NCBI RefSeq assembly: GCF_001194135.2
Contig: NC_068981.1
Span: 35,940,071-36,004,070, forward strand
Reading direction: 5' to 3'
DNA length: 64,000 nt
From: Octopus bimaculoides
Taxonomy: Eukaryota
Made by a program: the position numbers and the translations under genes. Positions 1 through 13,984 of this stretch are shown here, piece after piece. The notes beneath the pieces were generated by a model that was not told the DNA's origin, searched no databases, and saw nothing but the letters and a program-made list of their open reading frames with translations. How positions within the stretch are numbered: position 1 is the stretch's first letter; every line of letters starts with the position of its first letter.

Positions 1-466
1 ATATATACACATATGTGTATATATACATACATAAATAAATAAATAAATAAATACACACACACACACACACACTCCTATATGTGTGTGTATAAGGCAATGA
101 CAATTCAGTTGTTCAATCAGCTGAATAACATTCTCCTAAATTAACATGTAAGTGGCTGAACATTCCACAGTCATGTGTACCTTTAACAAAATTCATAAGC
201 AAAAACAGCATGACACACTACACTATGTGACAAGGCTGTGCCTTTTGAATTCCAAGAACAATCTTCTTGACAGTCTTCTGTACAGATTCCGTCAATCCAA
301 TTTTACTTATGATTTATGGATCAACCCAAGGCAGTATGAACTGACAGTTCATGATAAACATAAGGTCCCATGTTCGATCCCACTGCATTGTATTGAACAT
401 GGTACCTTGTGGTTATGATATGAAATTCTTAGCCATTCAGCCAGATTATATACATACAATCATGCA

Positions 467-511
<45 letters not shown>

Positions 512-1129
512 ATGCATATATGTGTGTGTGAGAGAGAGAGAGAGCAAGATATATAGAGAAAGTGTGTGTTTGTGTGTACACACACACACACACATCATAT
601 CATTTAATTATATTTCCTACTAGCAATTTTCATAATTCTAAACCAATATGAAGCTTTGTTTTGCTATTTTTGTATAATGTTCTCATTTTTATTGTTGTTA
701 TGGTTACTTTAGTGGCTCATAATTTTGTTTTCATCCTTGGGTTTTCCTTCTGCCCACCACTTTTCAATACATAAATACTCCATGTTCTGAAATTTACAAC
801 ACACAGTATACAACCACTATGGGATGGTGTGATGCAGCAATGTATGAAGACTATTTTTATATAATGTATGTTAGTGTGTGTCTGAATCAGTATGTATGCA
901 CGGTGTATATGTAGGTGTTTGCATGAGAATACAAGAGAAAAAAAGGGGAGGGAGAGAGAAAGAGATTGTGTATATACATATATCAATGTGTATATGTAGA
1001 TCTGCTTTACATTTGCATACATGAATGTGTATGTGCCTGCATGTGATGAAAGAAGTGCTGCAGGTAAGGCACTCTGTGGTATGTGGGCAGGGAGACACAA
1101 TGCATCTGGGTGAGATAAGCTTGACATGG

Positions 1130-1500
1130 AATGATATTGATGATGATGTTGTTCTTGTTATAGTGGGCTGTCATTCATTAATATTAGCAATAGCAGTAGT
1201 TGTAGTGGTGATAAAAATTTGTTTGTTATGATTGAAGAAATGCAGATGTAGTGACAGTGCTAGTTGTAGTGGTGGTGGTAGTAATTTTGTTGGTGATGAT
1301 GGCAGTGGTACTGATGATGGTGGTGCTGGTGGAGTTGATGGTGTTGTAGTGGTATTAGCACTTGCAGTGGTAGTAGTGTTGTTGTTGTAGAGTAAGTGGT
1401 AATGGCAGTAGTAGTGATGGTATTATGGTTGTGGTGATAGCAGTGGAAGTGATGGTAGAAGTGGTGGTGATGGTAGTAGTGATGGTAATGGTGATTGCTG
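1130..1500 (+). repeat. Imperfect (GGT/GTA/GAT)n trinucleotide low-complexity tract
   Basis: Direct reading. Produces the Thr/Ile-rich spurious ORFs on the minus strand. Confidence 0.9.
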
Positions 1501-2499
1501 ACTGCTTATAAGTCTTCTGTTGTTGGCTGTGCAAGCTGAGTGAGAAACAACATATGTGGCAGTTAATGGAACTTTCCAGAAAGAAACAGGGAATGAATGA
1601 TAAGTGAGTGTAGGAGTAGGGATATTGGGAATACTGGGAGAAATAACCATCATGTAAATTAAACATAAATATAAAAATGAACAAATAAATAAATTTCAGA
1701 TGTGTGTCTGCGTATGTATATATATATATGTATGTATTCCTGTAAAGACAAATTAACATATGGAAAAGTGGTTGACCATAAGTAATTAACTGTGTTATAT
1801 ATGTATATGATGATGAAATTTATCATAGCATTGTTTTAACATCCACTTTCCCATGCTAGCATGGGTCAGACAACATTTACTGAGACAATTTTTCTATTGC
1901 GAGATGCCTTTTTTGTTACCACTTCTCAATTGTTTCCAAGTAAAGTACTATTTCCCTAGGTCTTTTGAACAACAAACAGCTGGGGTTGTTTGTGAGGCTG
2001 GTGTGAACAATTACACTACCTATATGAAGTTGATAATGATTATATGGTATGCAAACAATGTTAAGACAGTGGGAAGACTCTCACATATCAGTTATTCAAA
2101 GTTAAATTTGGCATAGTTATTACTGAAGTTTCTTGTTCTTGAATTTTTAAGTGACTTATATTGTGGTCTTTGAAGCTTTGCGATACATCATTTAGATCCT
2201 ACTTGGATAATACTGAGAACATCTTAGAAGGAATTACTAGCTTTTCGTATGGGTATACAAAAAGAATGCAAATTACTTCAAGTTCCCTATGTAAATGTAT
2301 AATGTATCAGGCAAATTATAAGATTCATAAAATATATCATACATCAATATTTATTTTATAAAACAACATCTGTGGGTAAAGTTATAATCTGGTGAGTTCA
2401 AGTAAAGTTGTAATGAATTTTTAAAAGTATTAGTATAGATTTTGGGAATGTTTATTTTTATTTTAAGATTTGAATAGTACATATTCCATAGAAATCATG

Positions 2500-3567
2500 A
2501 ATTGTCAAGGACGCTTGCAAAGTTGCAAGGGAACTTGGCATTAACCCTGAATTAGATGAAGAACCTGAAACCACTGCCATGAAAAAAGCAAAACGGATCA
2601 AACAGACTGCAAAAAAGAACAGGCAGAAACAAATTGAGGAGCGGTGGAGCCAGAAACCTCTGCATAGACAGTATATACTATGAAGCCAAAATGCTGATGT
2701 AGACCAAGTAACAACCCATCAGTGGCTGAGAAGCTCAGGACTGAAAGCAGGGAGTGAAGGTTTCAAACTGGCGGCACAAGATCAAAGTTTGCTTACCTAA
2801 AACTATCAGGCTAACATTCTTCAAAACAGTTCTGACCCTAAATGCAGATTCTGCGATACATTTGATGAAACAATAGACCATCTCGTCTTGGAATGTCCTG
2901 TGCTAACACCAAACAAATACAAAAATCATCACGAAAGGGTAGGACAGTATTTACATTGGAAAATATGTAAACACTACAAAATCAGCACTCCTTCATACTA
3001 GTATGAACATCATCATGAGCCAGTCATTGAATGTAAAAATGTCTTTATCCTCCAGGATTTTCCAGTCAACACCAACAGAACGATCCAGGCTAATCGACCA
3101 GACATAATCATTAAAGATAGAGAAGAAAATATTTGCAAACTAATAGATGTAAATATTCTCACTGATAAAAATATATCTAAAGCAATTTGACAAATTAAGT
3201 AAATATAAGGACCTGGAAATTGCAATGAAAAAAGATGACATCTTAAAGTGAGAACTGTTCCTGTTATTGTGGGTACCCTAGGCATGTTAAGAAAGGGATG
3301 TCAGAAACATCTAGATAATATCCCAGAAGAACAATGTCTCAGAGAAATCCAAAACAGTGTGCTGACAAGTACTACTCATATCCTTAGAAAAACCCTAAAC
3401 CCTATCAATTTATGTGTTGTATTACATAAAGATATTTCACTACTGCCCCCTGCTACTTCCCCTCCCCAAGCTTTCAGTCATACTGAAGCATCTCTTATCC
3501 TTCATTCACCCTAGGATGCTGGATGTGTCTTGGTGAGTGATTGTAACAAACATGCAGATTAAAAGTA

Positions 3568-3621
<54 letters not shown>

Positions 3622-3632
3622 AATAATAATAA
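2500..3632 (+). mobile_element. 5'-truncated, decayed R4/Dong-clade non-LTR retrotransposon (CCHC knuckle + restriction-like endonuclease region, (TAA)n tail)
   Basis: Manual translation through in-frame stops gives WSQKPLH...THQWLRSSGLKAGSEGFKLAAQDQSLL..NYQANIL...DPKCRFCDTFDETIDHLVLECP...HWKICKHY...DFPVNTNRTIQANRPDIIIKD...KLIDVNI...KYKDLEIA...VPVIVGTLG. This is the CxxC/H/C and PD..D-type RLE pattern of R2/R4-group elements. Ends in a (TAA)n run at ~3569-3632. Confidence 0.92.
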
Positions 3633-5058
3633 TTGTATTTATTGAATATATGCAGTTATGCAATATATACGTACAAAGCCTCATAAACTACTCACTTATC
3701 AACACATGCATATACACACACATATAAATGTACGCACATATATGTACTTATCTGTGCAAATTCTTTCATGTATGATTCCAATATTCACATGGTAGATGTG
3801 TACACAAATGCTCCTACACAGCCATGCATGAATACATGAGCATATATGCAAATGTGTGACATAAGTTGAATATGAGACAAAAGTAATTATAAAAATGTAA
3901 AATTAAAAAGTATGAAAATACATAACTGCAAATTTTGAAATCCAAATCTAAAATCATGAGAGAGCTGTAATGATATGACCATATAGAGATGCAACAAAGT
4001 GAGATCTGAATATGTGCATGTATATAATGTTCTATGTACACACACATGCACTCATGCAAACACACAGATGCATGAATCTGACGCTCACTGGATGATTGAT
4101 CACTGCATACAGGTACAGAGAATATGCAAAGAACATATGCAAAGAGATGCATGGATATTGCATAAAGGATTAATGCACAGTGCAAAGGAAAATTGTCTAA
4201 CATTCATTTAAGAACTGTTTAAGCATGAATTGACAATTGGTGAACGATGTAGAGAAAAATTATTTAACAACTGCTAAATAATTGTTTGTGGATTATATCA
4301 AAATGGGTTGACAATTGGTTAGAACCTGTAATAATAATAACAACAGTATTTGCAATACTATGATGAGAACTACAAAAATTGTTATAGTAGACATCACAGA
4401 GATTGTTAAATTAGTGAATCATGGGAAAATCAAGATATGCATAAAACTATACATCTTGAAGTATATAAATAACCCTATATAATAATTCTAATATTGGGAG
4501 CATAAAGATATATTTATTAATTCATTTATTTATGTATTTATTAATTCAAATATGTTGACACCAATTTCGTTACATTTCTGTATGGTTATATTTATATTTT
4601 ATCATAATTCTGACAATTTTAGATTCAAGTTTTGGATCTTGTAATTTTGCGTTTTTATTTTATTTTTGGATTCCTCAAATTCCAGTAGTTTTGTACATTT
4701 GTAATTTTGCATTTCAAATTTCTGTATCCTGAATTTTGTATTTTTGATATTTTACAATTTCACTAAATTTTATATATTTTGTGTTATGTTTTATATTTCT
4801 GAACTCTTTTTATATACAAATTAGTGGCCATTTCACTTTTATTAGTCAGTCAGTCAGTCAGACAGACAGACTGGTTAGATTAATGTGGTTAGTACCCACC
4901 CTAAGCAAGTTAACATGGTCTGGGAGTGAAATGGCCCAAAGGCTTAAAACAAAGTTAACTTGGTTAAAGATACCTAAGAAGTAAATACAGATGTTAAACC
5001 TGGGGGCATATTAGCAATATTAGAAATCTTTACCATCATCATCCTCATCATCATCATC

Positions 5059-8000
5059 ATCGATTTATGTTATTGATATTTATTTTCTTGACCTTAGAAA
5101 GATGAAAGGTAAAATTGACTCTTGCTGGTAAATTTTAAGAGTTAGAACTGAACTATAAAAAACAGAAACTTGTTTAAGATTTGTACAACAATAATAAACT
5201 GTGTATAAATTCTTTCTGTTTGCATTTATTTTCCATATTCTCATAAAATATTTTATTTTGGGTATTTTGAAGAAAAATTAGGGAAGCTAATGCTTTCATT
5301 TGACTCAGGGAAAAGTTACAGTCAATTTAATTAATTCCAATATATTACTGGTACTTATTGTCTCAAATCTTAGTCAATGAATGGCAAAGTCAACTTCATT
5401 GAAATTTAAACTCAAAATATGATTGGATGAAACTAAATACTGCAAGTCATTTAATCTGGTTTTCACCCATTTCTGTTCTTAATGTCAGCATTAATATTTA
5501 AAACCTCAATAACTTTGCCAAATTGAAAAATGAAATAAAATGATTCATGTAAAAATTTTTAAAAAATCCAAAAAACTTGATATTAGAAACTACAATAGAT
5601 AGATAAATGAATGGGCATATCATGAATACACAGATGCCTTCATACATGCATACACAAACATAAATCAATGCATACATACATAGGTACATATATGTGTATG
5701 TACATACATACATAAATACCTGTCTGCATATACATATGTACGTACATATGTACCAGCATACTCACATATATTCACACAAATATACACAAAATCGATTGCA
5801 ACAACAATATAAATTTGTTTTCAACAGTGTCTTTTGTTTTTCATTCTTTATCTTTCTTTTTCATCCACTTTTAGCATTTAAAACTCCATGCAATATGGCA
5901 GCAATTTAAGTAAAGGTTTCTTCATATCATTTAAATTTTATGGAATTAGAATGCAACAAGATCATGAGATAGCATTCGCTAAAAGTTAAATGAATAATTG
6001 ATTTTTCTTGAAATTGAGGACAGCTTTTGTATCTAGAAACTACCATGAGCTAGTTATGCACAGACCTGTTATGATGAAGAGAAATTTGTGTGAGGATTAC
6101 TTGTTTAAAGATTCAAGAATTCATGCACACTCCACCCTTGTTATGCATTGTGTTCATAGCCAAAATATGAATTGAGGGTGGCACAGTTTTCCTAGCTCTA
6201 AAAAAGTACATTAGGACTTTTGCAGTTCATTGCAATAAATTGAAGTCATCTAACAGATCTAGATAAAAGTATAAGGAAACTGATTTAAATTTTTACATCA
6301 GATAAGAATACTGCAGTCCCTATTTAAGATTATGTTTTATGTTAATACTAACATCAATCTCACATATAACTTCTAACTCAAGTAAATATCTTGCCCAATT
6401 TTTCAAGGGCTTCCATGATGATAAAGTTAATATTGATAAGTTATATCTTCATTGATGTTTTAAAATGATTTTCTTCTTCATCATCAACACCACCATCACC
6501 ACCACTACCATCATCTATAATTATTTCTAGCATGGGCTCAAGGTCACAAATTTGGAGGGAGAAGTGCAATCATTTAAAATAACTCCCAGTATTTAACTGA
6601 TATTTATTTTATATACCCTAGAGGGACAGCGGGTAAGTTTGATTCTTGTAGAATTTGAACTCAGAACATAAACAGTCAGAACTGAATACCAAAAAGCACT
6701 CTATTTGATGATAGTTCTGTCAATCCACTGGCCTACTGCAGTGAAATATTAAACATTGAATAGCTCACACTGCAGAGAAATAATTTCTCTATATGAAATT
6801 CACATCAGAAAAGGTTGAGACTAAATTAGGAATTATGTTCAATATTTTGCTACTGCTGCTTTCTAACACCCATTGAATACGTAACCGTAATAATTTGAGA
6901 GACAATCTCTGATAACAAGAGTAATCAGAAATGATGACAGCAAAGAAAAATCTTGAAAGTAAACGACATTTGTAATGCTTAGTATATGGCAGAGTAGAAA
7001 TCTATAAGTTGATATATTCATAAAATTTCTCAAGACGAGGAAGCTAATTGGTAGGATTGTTAGAGCACTGGACTAATGGCTTGTAGTATTTATTTCAATT
7101 CTTTATGTCCTGGGTTCCTCCTTACTTTTCATCCTTTTGAGGTTTTATAAAACAAAGCACCAATCAAGCATTGAGGTGATTCTTCCTTCCTCTCTTGCTC
7201 TCTTTCAGAATCAATAGAATCAATTGTGCTGCTTTATGTAAAGGATGTGTGAGAGTTACTCACAGTATCCCTTTCTTCTAAGACAATCACTTCCATTCCA
7301 TTGTAGTGGAATAATGTAGCCATGAAGGCTCTAACAGTCTATGGCACATGGTAGTCTTGGTGAAAATGACGATGATGATGATGATGAAACCAGAAATTAA
7401 ATTTCAAACATTGACTTCATTCACAAAGAATTTGGTTACTGGTGAATTTTTTTTGTATTACACAATAACAATTCGACGATGGGGACGATAATAATAAAAA
7501 ATAATGAATTCTAAGCATTTAGTTCATTGTTACCAGGCTGAAATATTTCTGGCTGGAAGAAACAGTTAATTATATTGGCTATTTTCCTTGAATGAGGTGA
7601 TGAATTAGCAAAGTTGTAAGAGGGTAAGAAGAAGTAACTGATGGCATAGTTCTGACTCTGAAAGGTCAATTTTGCCTTTCATCCTTTTGGAGTTGATAAA
7701 AAATGTACTTGCCGGAAGTAGTGGATTGGTAGAATTGTTAGCAGGTCATGCAAAATGCCTTGTACTATCTGTTTTAGCTCTCTACACTCTGAAGACATCA
7801 TTTGTGAGGTTACTTGTGTCAAGGTGCATTGGTTTTGTCTTTCATTGGAAAATAACAGCAACATAAAAAGCAAAAATAGCATGCATGGCAAACTGCTGAT
7901 CTTCCATAATGATGTTCCTTTCCATTTAGAAATTTTCTCCCCAGGCCTGCACCTTGGAAAAGAGATTTCTGAATGTAATGGAACTTTTCAGGTGCACTTA

Positions 8001-8125
8001 CATGCTCAATACTGACAGAAGAAAGACTTTAGAGTTGGTATTTAATTGATAATTGTTTTATCTACTTTGAAAGAATAAAAGTTCAAGTCAACTCTGATGA
8101 GACTTGAACTTGCACATAACGGAAT
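5059..8125. mobile_element. Cluster of decayed family A SINE copies: ~5059-5170(-), ~5310-5465(-), ~6525-6735(-), ~7030-7190(+), ~7655-7790(+), ~8030-8125(-)
   Basis: Recognisable core fragments in both orientations (GATGAAAGG.AAAGTCAAC, CTTTCATCCTTT, GGTACTTATT). Boundaries approximate. Confidence 0.7.
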
Positions 8126-8225
8126 GTAATTCAGTACAAGATATTTTTGTCTAGTTTCAATAAGATGATCAACAGTTCCCTTATTGCAGATTGCTCTAAT
8201 TATTTCTGAAAATTAATATTGGGGT

Positions 8226-8960
8226 AATAATTTTGGTGCAAGGCCAGCAATTTTGGGGAAGCATGTAAGTCGATTACATCGACTCCAGTGTTCAACTGAT
8301 ACTTTTTTTATCGAAACTAGGAGGGTGAAAGGCAAAGTCAACCTTGGCAGAATTTAAACTCAAAAGGTAAAGACAGATGTAATGCCACCAAGCATTTTGC
8401 CTGGTAATCTAATGAGTCTGCCAGCTTGTCACCTTGTTTTTTATATATTTTTAAAGTGGTTAGCAAGCCACTACAGGGTTCCTGAAAATTAATATTAAGA
8501 ATAATAAACACGCTAAATTGTTACATAGGCACAATTTTACAAATATTATGTGGAAAGATTAGTCAGTTAAAATACCTTTAGTATTTGACTGGTAGTTTGT
8601 TTTATCAACTCTGAAAGGATGAAAGACAGAATGGAGCTCAACAGGATTTGAACTCAGAATGAAAAAAAAAAATACACAGTCAAATACTGCAGGGACATTT
8701 TGTCCAACATTGCTGATTCTGTAAAGTTAAGAATATTAATAATAATAATGGTTTCAAATTTTGACACAAAGGCACCAATTTTTCGGGGAAGAGGGTCTTG
8801 CCATTACATTCCTCCTCCTCCCCGGTGTTTTACTGGTACTTATTTTATCAACCCCGAAAACATGAAAGGTGAAGTCAATCTTGTCAGAAAGTAATGATTC
8901 AGAAAAATTGCTGCTAAGCATTTTTTCCAGTGCACCAATGATTCTGTCAGTTCACTGCCA
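8226..8960 (-). mobile_element. Three consecutive family A SINE copies (~8226-8435, ~8520-8725, ~8750-8960)
   Basis: Each carries the reverse complement of the family A core (CTGGTACTTATTTTATC...GATGAAAGGCAAAGTCAAC...TTTGAACTC...GCATTTTGC) with differing decay. Confidence 0.85.
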
Positions 8961-8977
8961 TATTAATAATAATAATA

Positions 8978-9009
<32 letters not shown>

Positions 9010-10485
9010 AAAAATGATAATAATAATAATACAATTCTTATTTATGGACAAAGCCAAAACTTTGTTGAGTTTTGGGAAATGAAATATTGGAATGTTCATA
9101 ACTTTTCAGTTAGGACTCAAAACCAGATTGAGGAATCAATTCACCACATATTTACTACCTACATTATGCTGTTCACCAATAGTGGTAATAACTCTTTAAA
9201 CAGATATGAAGCTTTGTACCAACTAATGAGTAGGAAAGAGGTTTTCATCCCAAAATTTTTTTGATATGACAAAATATTACTCATATTGATTTGGCCTTTT
9301 TCCTGCTTCCCATCATTTTTGTTCTTTAACATATTCAAGAAAAGCAAACATTTATTCTCTGACAACTTTCTTTTCTGAAAGAATTTCTATTGAAGAAGGC
9401 CAACATTGATATGTTATGCTTGCAGGCAATTACAGAATATCTAGTATTCCTCCTCCTCCTTCTCCTTCTTCTTCTTCTTCTTTTGTTGCTACTACTGTTG
9501 CTGCTGCTACTGCTGCTAAGTTATATACAACTGATTTTGTTTTGTTTATATCCCACCTCACCCGTCTTTCACTCTTTGTAAAAAAAGAAACTTTAAAAAT
9601 GTTAAAAATCTTATGGATAGTATTCTATCTTATAGTATTTCTTTTAATCTGTTTCAATGAAAGCAGGATATTCACATTGCTAATATCAATATCCTTGTCA
9701 TCCTGCTTACCATCACCACTATCACCTCCACCATCATCATCATCATTATCATACCTGTTATTTATGAACTATAAATGAGAATAAGAATGGAAACAAATTT
9801 GTCAGTTTATTTTCTTCTGCTTCTCTTCAGTTTGAAATTCAATGTTATATTTCTGATTTATTCTTCCAATAATTCCTAACATTTACTTGAGGATTATGCA
9901 TAAAATTGATAACGATTCTTCAAGCAGAAATTGTTTTGTATCTAATATGTTATTTTGCTATTTGTATTGTTGTTATACTGCTTCTTGCTTATGCCATAAT
10001 TCAAAAATTAGAAATTGAAAAATATTATCTTAGAATTTCTACTGATGTTATTTAGTGCTTATTATATAAATTTCAAAAGTGAAGATCCTTTTCTTTTCTT
10101 CTTTTTTTGTTTTGCTAGCACAAATATCAGTAAAACAAAATAGAAATTAATGAAACACTTGTGAATTGAAAACCAATTATATATTTTGCTTTCTGAACTT
10201 AAGTATATTTTTCTATACAAGTTAAGTGTAATATAGAGTGGGAAATAATTTTTAAAAAATATATTTAAATTGTTATGAATTTATAGCATTTAACATTATA
10301 CCTTATTGCATATATTTTCAAATTATAACTTAGCAATATAATGTTGGCAGGATTTATTGTGAAATATAGAAATGAAACAGCAGAGAGAATAACTATGTTG
10401 AGGGGGTTTATTTTTCATTTTGTTCCCTAAATAATAATTCAAACTTGCCTCTTTAAGTCTTTTTAAACTTGTATAATTTTGTATA

Positions 10486-10840
10486 ATTTAAACCAAATCT
10501 TGATCTATCCTATATAAATGTTTATGTATAATAAGTTTAATAAAAATCCTCAAAATTTACAAATATTTCTGGTAAATATTTTGTCAACCTTCAAGTGAAT
10601 TATTTAAACCAGAATGTGAGTTAATAAATATTTATGTAGTTACTAGAAAATTTAATTAAAAGTTTCTAATTCTTCTATGGTTTATTGAATTGATCTATGA
10701 ATATTACTACTACATATTTTGTCTACACCAAAGTGAATTATTTAAAACCAAAATATAAACTGACCTATATAAATATTTATGGATTACTAGAAAAATTAAA
10801 TTAAAAGTCTTTTATTCATCTACAGTCTATTGAATAGGCC
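10486..10840 (+). repeat. Degenerate tandem repeat, ~120-140 bp period, 2 good units plus 1 partial
   Basis: AAGTGAATTATTTAAA(A)CCA...ATAAATATTTATG..TTACTAGAAAA.TTAA.TTAAAAGT occurs at ~10593 and ~10733. A partial TTTAAACCAAA...CCTATATAAATGTTTATG occurs at ~10486. Confidence 0.75.
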
Positions 10841-10974
10841 TTGTAACATGTATAACACAAATTTTTAAAACTCTAAAGTGAGAAAAAAACTAAGTGCGCA
10901 GTTCCTGAATTAGAACATAAAACACACACACACATGCATGTGAACAATATTTTTTAAATGATATAAAGGAGGAT

Positions 10975-11345
10975 GTATTTGATTAATTGACACTCGTATT
11001 TCACTTATTTTATGGACGTGGAAGGATGAAAGGCATAGTAGTCAGTGGTGTTTGATCTTACACTTCAAAGGGAAATAAACCAAAATATTAGAAAATATTT
11101 GGGCCAGGTCCCTACTGATTATGCTATTCCTCACTCTTGCTGTCTTTCATTGCCCTTTACAAAAATTGTAATAACATTTTCCAACAAAAATACATAAGCA
11201 CACCTTGTGATGGATGTTGATTAAATCGTCTTGGCTGGTACTTATTTTATGAACTTGAGAAAGATGGAAGTCAGATTTAATTTTGGATGTGATCTTAGAA
11301 CACATAACATTAGATCAGGTACTCAATTGATTCTACTATCCAATA
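10975..11345 (-). mobile_element. Two decayed family A SINE copies (~10975-11125, ~11210-11345)
   Basis: Core motifs TTATTTTATGGAC..GGATGAAAGGC and CTGGTACTTATTTTATGAAC...GATGGAAG. Confidence 0.65.
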
Positions 11346-11375
11346 ATGTTAATAATAAATGACAGCTGAAGCTAC

Positions 11376-11422
<47 letters not shown>

Positions 11423-13984
11423 ATTCTTTATAGTCATAGTCAATTAACACTTTGCTATCAATAAGGTATGTTATGAGGTAAGTTTGGCCACTATTTTTAG
11501 TAGGCTGAGCAACCAGGCAAACTCTTGAATGAACACCAATAATATGCAGTCAAATTACACCAAGTGGAAAAGAAAATTATTTACTTAAATAATTACACTA
11601 ATGCCTTACATTTTATGTGACTACCATGCTGACTGAGATGCACACTAAAAGTTGCTTTAATATTTGACTCAACAAAGAATACACTATTTTCACAGCATTT
11701 GCAAATTAATTTGAAGGTTTTGTTATCTATCCACACCCTCAGTCTTATTCTAAGTTATTATGTATAGTTGGCACTTTGAAACTTGAGGCTTTTTCTGAAG
11801 TGATATTTAAAGGAAGGTGATCTATGGTGTGTGAACAAAGGAAATAAATAGACTTTATTTAGCTGAGTCACTGAAAACAATGGCTGGTGTAATGAATACA
11901 CTTTCATTGTTATTGGAAACTTTACTGATAATCAATAGGCCAGTATTAGTTTTCACTATCATACTAACATAAACACCAGCAATATAACTTGTGGCAAAAG
12001 TATTTCTTAGACTAATAAAGGCAACAAGCTTCATTGATTTCATGCTAACTCATAGCTGATTTGATTTCAAGCAGCATTATGTGAACCTAAACACAGCAAA
12101 ATAGACATGCTGTTCTTGTATTCATAGAAAGCAGCACTCCTTATAAAATTCAATACTTTTTCAGAGAGAATAGTTTTTTCAGTTTTGTTTTTGTTTAGCA
12201 AATTTAAATGTGACATTTAGTCAATGAAATACAAATTTTCTCTAGAATTTAATGTTAATCTGTAACTAATTAACTTTTCTAAATCTGTGTTTCTGCTTAC
12301 TAAGCAAGAGAAACTAAGTATCACATCTAAAATTCCAATACAAACTGACAATTCACAGGTTTAGTAATCATTAGTGAACAGAATATTGCTACCAAATACA
12401 TCACTTATTACAAAGCACCTATACAAGTAAATATACTTTCCTTTAAATTTCGACTCTTAATTTTTAAGAGGAAGGAAAATGTTTTAGGGTGCAGGCCGTT
12501 AGATTCAAATGAGATTATGAATTAAAACTCTAATGTTGAATTTCAACTCTTTGATGATAATGTTTCCTTGAGTTTAAACCAACTACCTCTCAAACTTCAC
12601 CATAGATCACTCAACTTGCTCTATATCTCCCATAAATCATATTCTACCATCTTAAAAAGGTAAAGATGCATTAGGATTAATGTGTAAAATACTTCCTAAA
12701 CTACAGGATGGTTATTGCAAGAATGTATTTGACCATAAACCTGCTTAATCAGGACAGACCTAGGTTAAAAACAAGAAAAAATCGAGACAACAACTTTCAT
12801 CAACTGATCATCCTGATATGTATAGCTGTAAGATCAATGAATTTGTGGGACTTAATAGTGCTTTTCACTCATATAGATTCATCACATTTATCTTATAGGT
12901 AAACAACTTCCAGAAAATACAGCAAACCTAGGCAGCTTATGTGGGAAATTTATCAAGTACCAGTGGTTCTTTTCAAAACCTGTTGCATATTTCAATAAAT
13001 TTTTCCTGATGAGCTCTGCATTTATCTGTTTGAAATATATAGTAGTGCTAAAGCCATATTAATAATTAACAACATAACATCTGGCTGCATAGTGAAGCAT
13101 GGCAACTTGAGCTATTTATTTTGGTACAAATAGCAAAATAGAAATAGCTTTGAAGCAACAATAATTGTTTAGTATTGCTGAATCACTGAAGAAGAACATA
13201 GATTTAGAGAATTGCATTAATTATTCTTATATATGACAGGAAAGGTTTTATAGATTGGTGAGTCTAAATAATAAGTATTTAAATCAGTGTTTCAATAGTT
13301 ATATAAAGCAGTGTTTTTGGAAATCTGTTTAAAGATTCCACTATCGAATAAATATTGTGTTTAAAATATCGGAACCATTCAGCTGGTTGTTGTTGTACAC
13401 ATTAAATGTATGTGTAGAATACTCAGTCACTGTGCATACTGATTCAATTATCCTGGTAGTTCAGTTTGTAGGGATTCAAATCCCAACTGCAAGATATTCA
13501 GTTAAGGATCACAAGTAAGCCAACACAGTTTCACATGACTGATCTATAAATTAACCAAACAGCATGAAATTGTGGTATGATATGGCTTTTTGGATGATCT
13601 AAAATTTGCTCCCTTTTCACGCTATAAAAACTATTTGTCACCTAACTCAGCCAGATGGCCTCAGCAGACCACTAAAACCAGACGATGTACCACAGTGAGC
13701 CTTCTACAGACACAGTTGGCATTTATATTATCAGCATTTTTCTTTTGTAAATAGCCAATGCAGTAAATCATGTCCAGCTATAAATATGTTAAAATTCATG
13801 AGTTACTTCATTTATTATACATGTAGCCAGCTAAACCACACAATGATGGTCATCAACTCCATACACATTCAACATCACAACCACACAACAATGGTAAACC
13901 ATCCTCCTCAGGACAAGTTGATTGAACAACCGGAAACTCACTGTTAGAAGATTGTAATCAAGATCCTTTCATTTATTTTAAATA

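Noticed and set aside
11855-12043. Minus ORF MKSMKLVAFISLRNTF...SDSAK as a secreted peptide
   Set aside because: 62 aa with no recognisable motif or convincing splice donor; compatible with chance in AT-rich DNA.
12899-13020. Exon-like stretch open on both strands (KQLPENTANLGSLCGKF + / INAELIRKNLLKYATG -)
   Set aside because: Donors are weak and several readings are equally plausible; cannot be supported without RNA data.
13472-13514. 43-nt + exon candidate phase-compatible with 17830
   Set aside because: Contains a tRNA B-box-like GATTCAAATCCC, so more likely a decayed SINE head.
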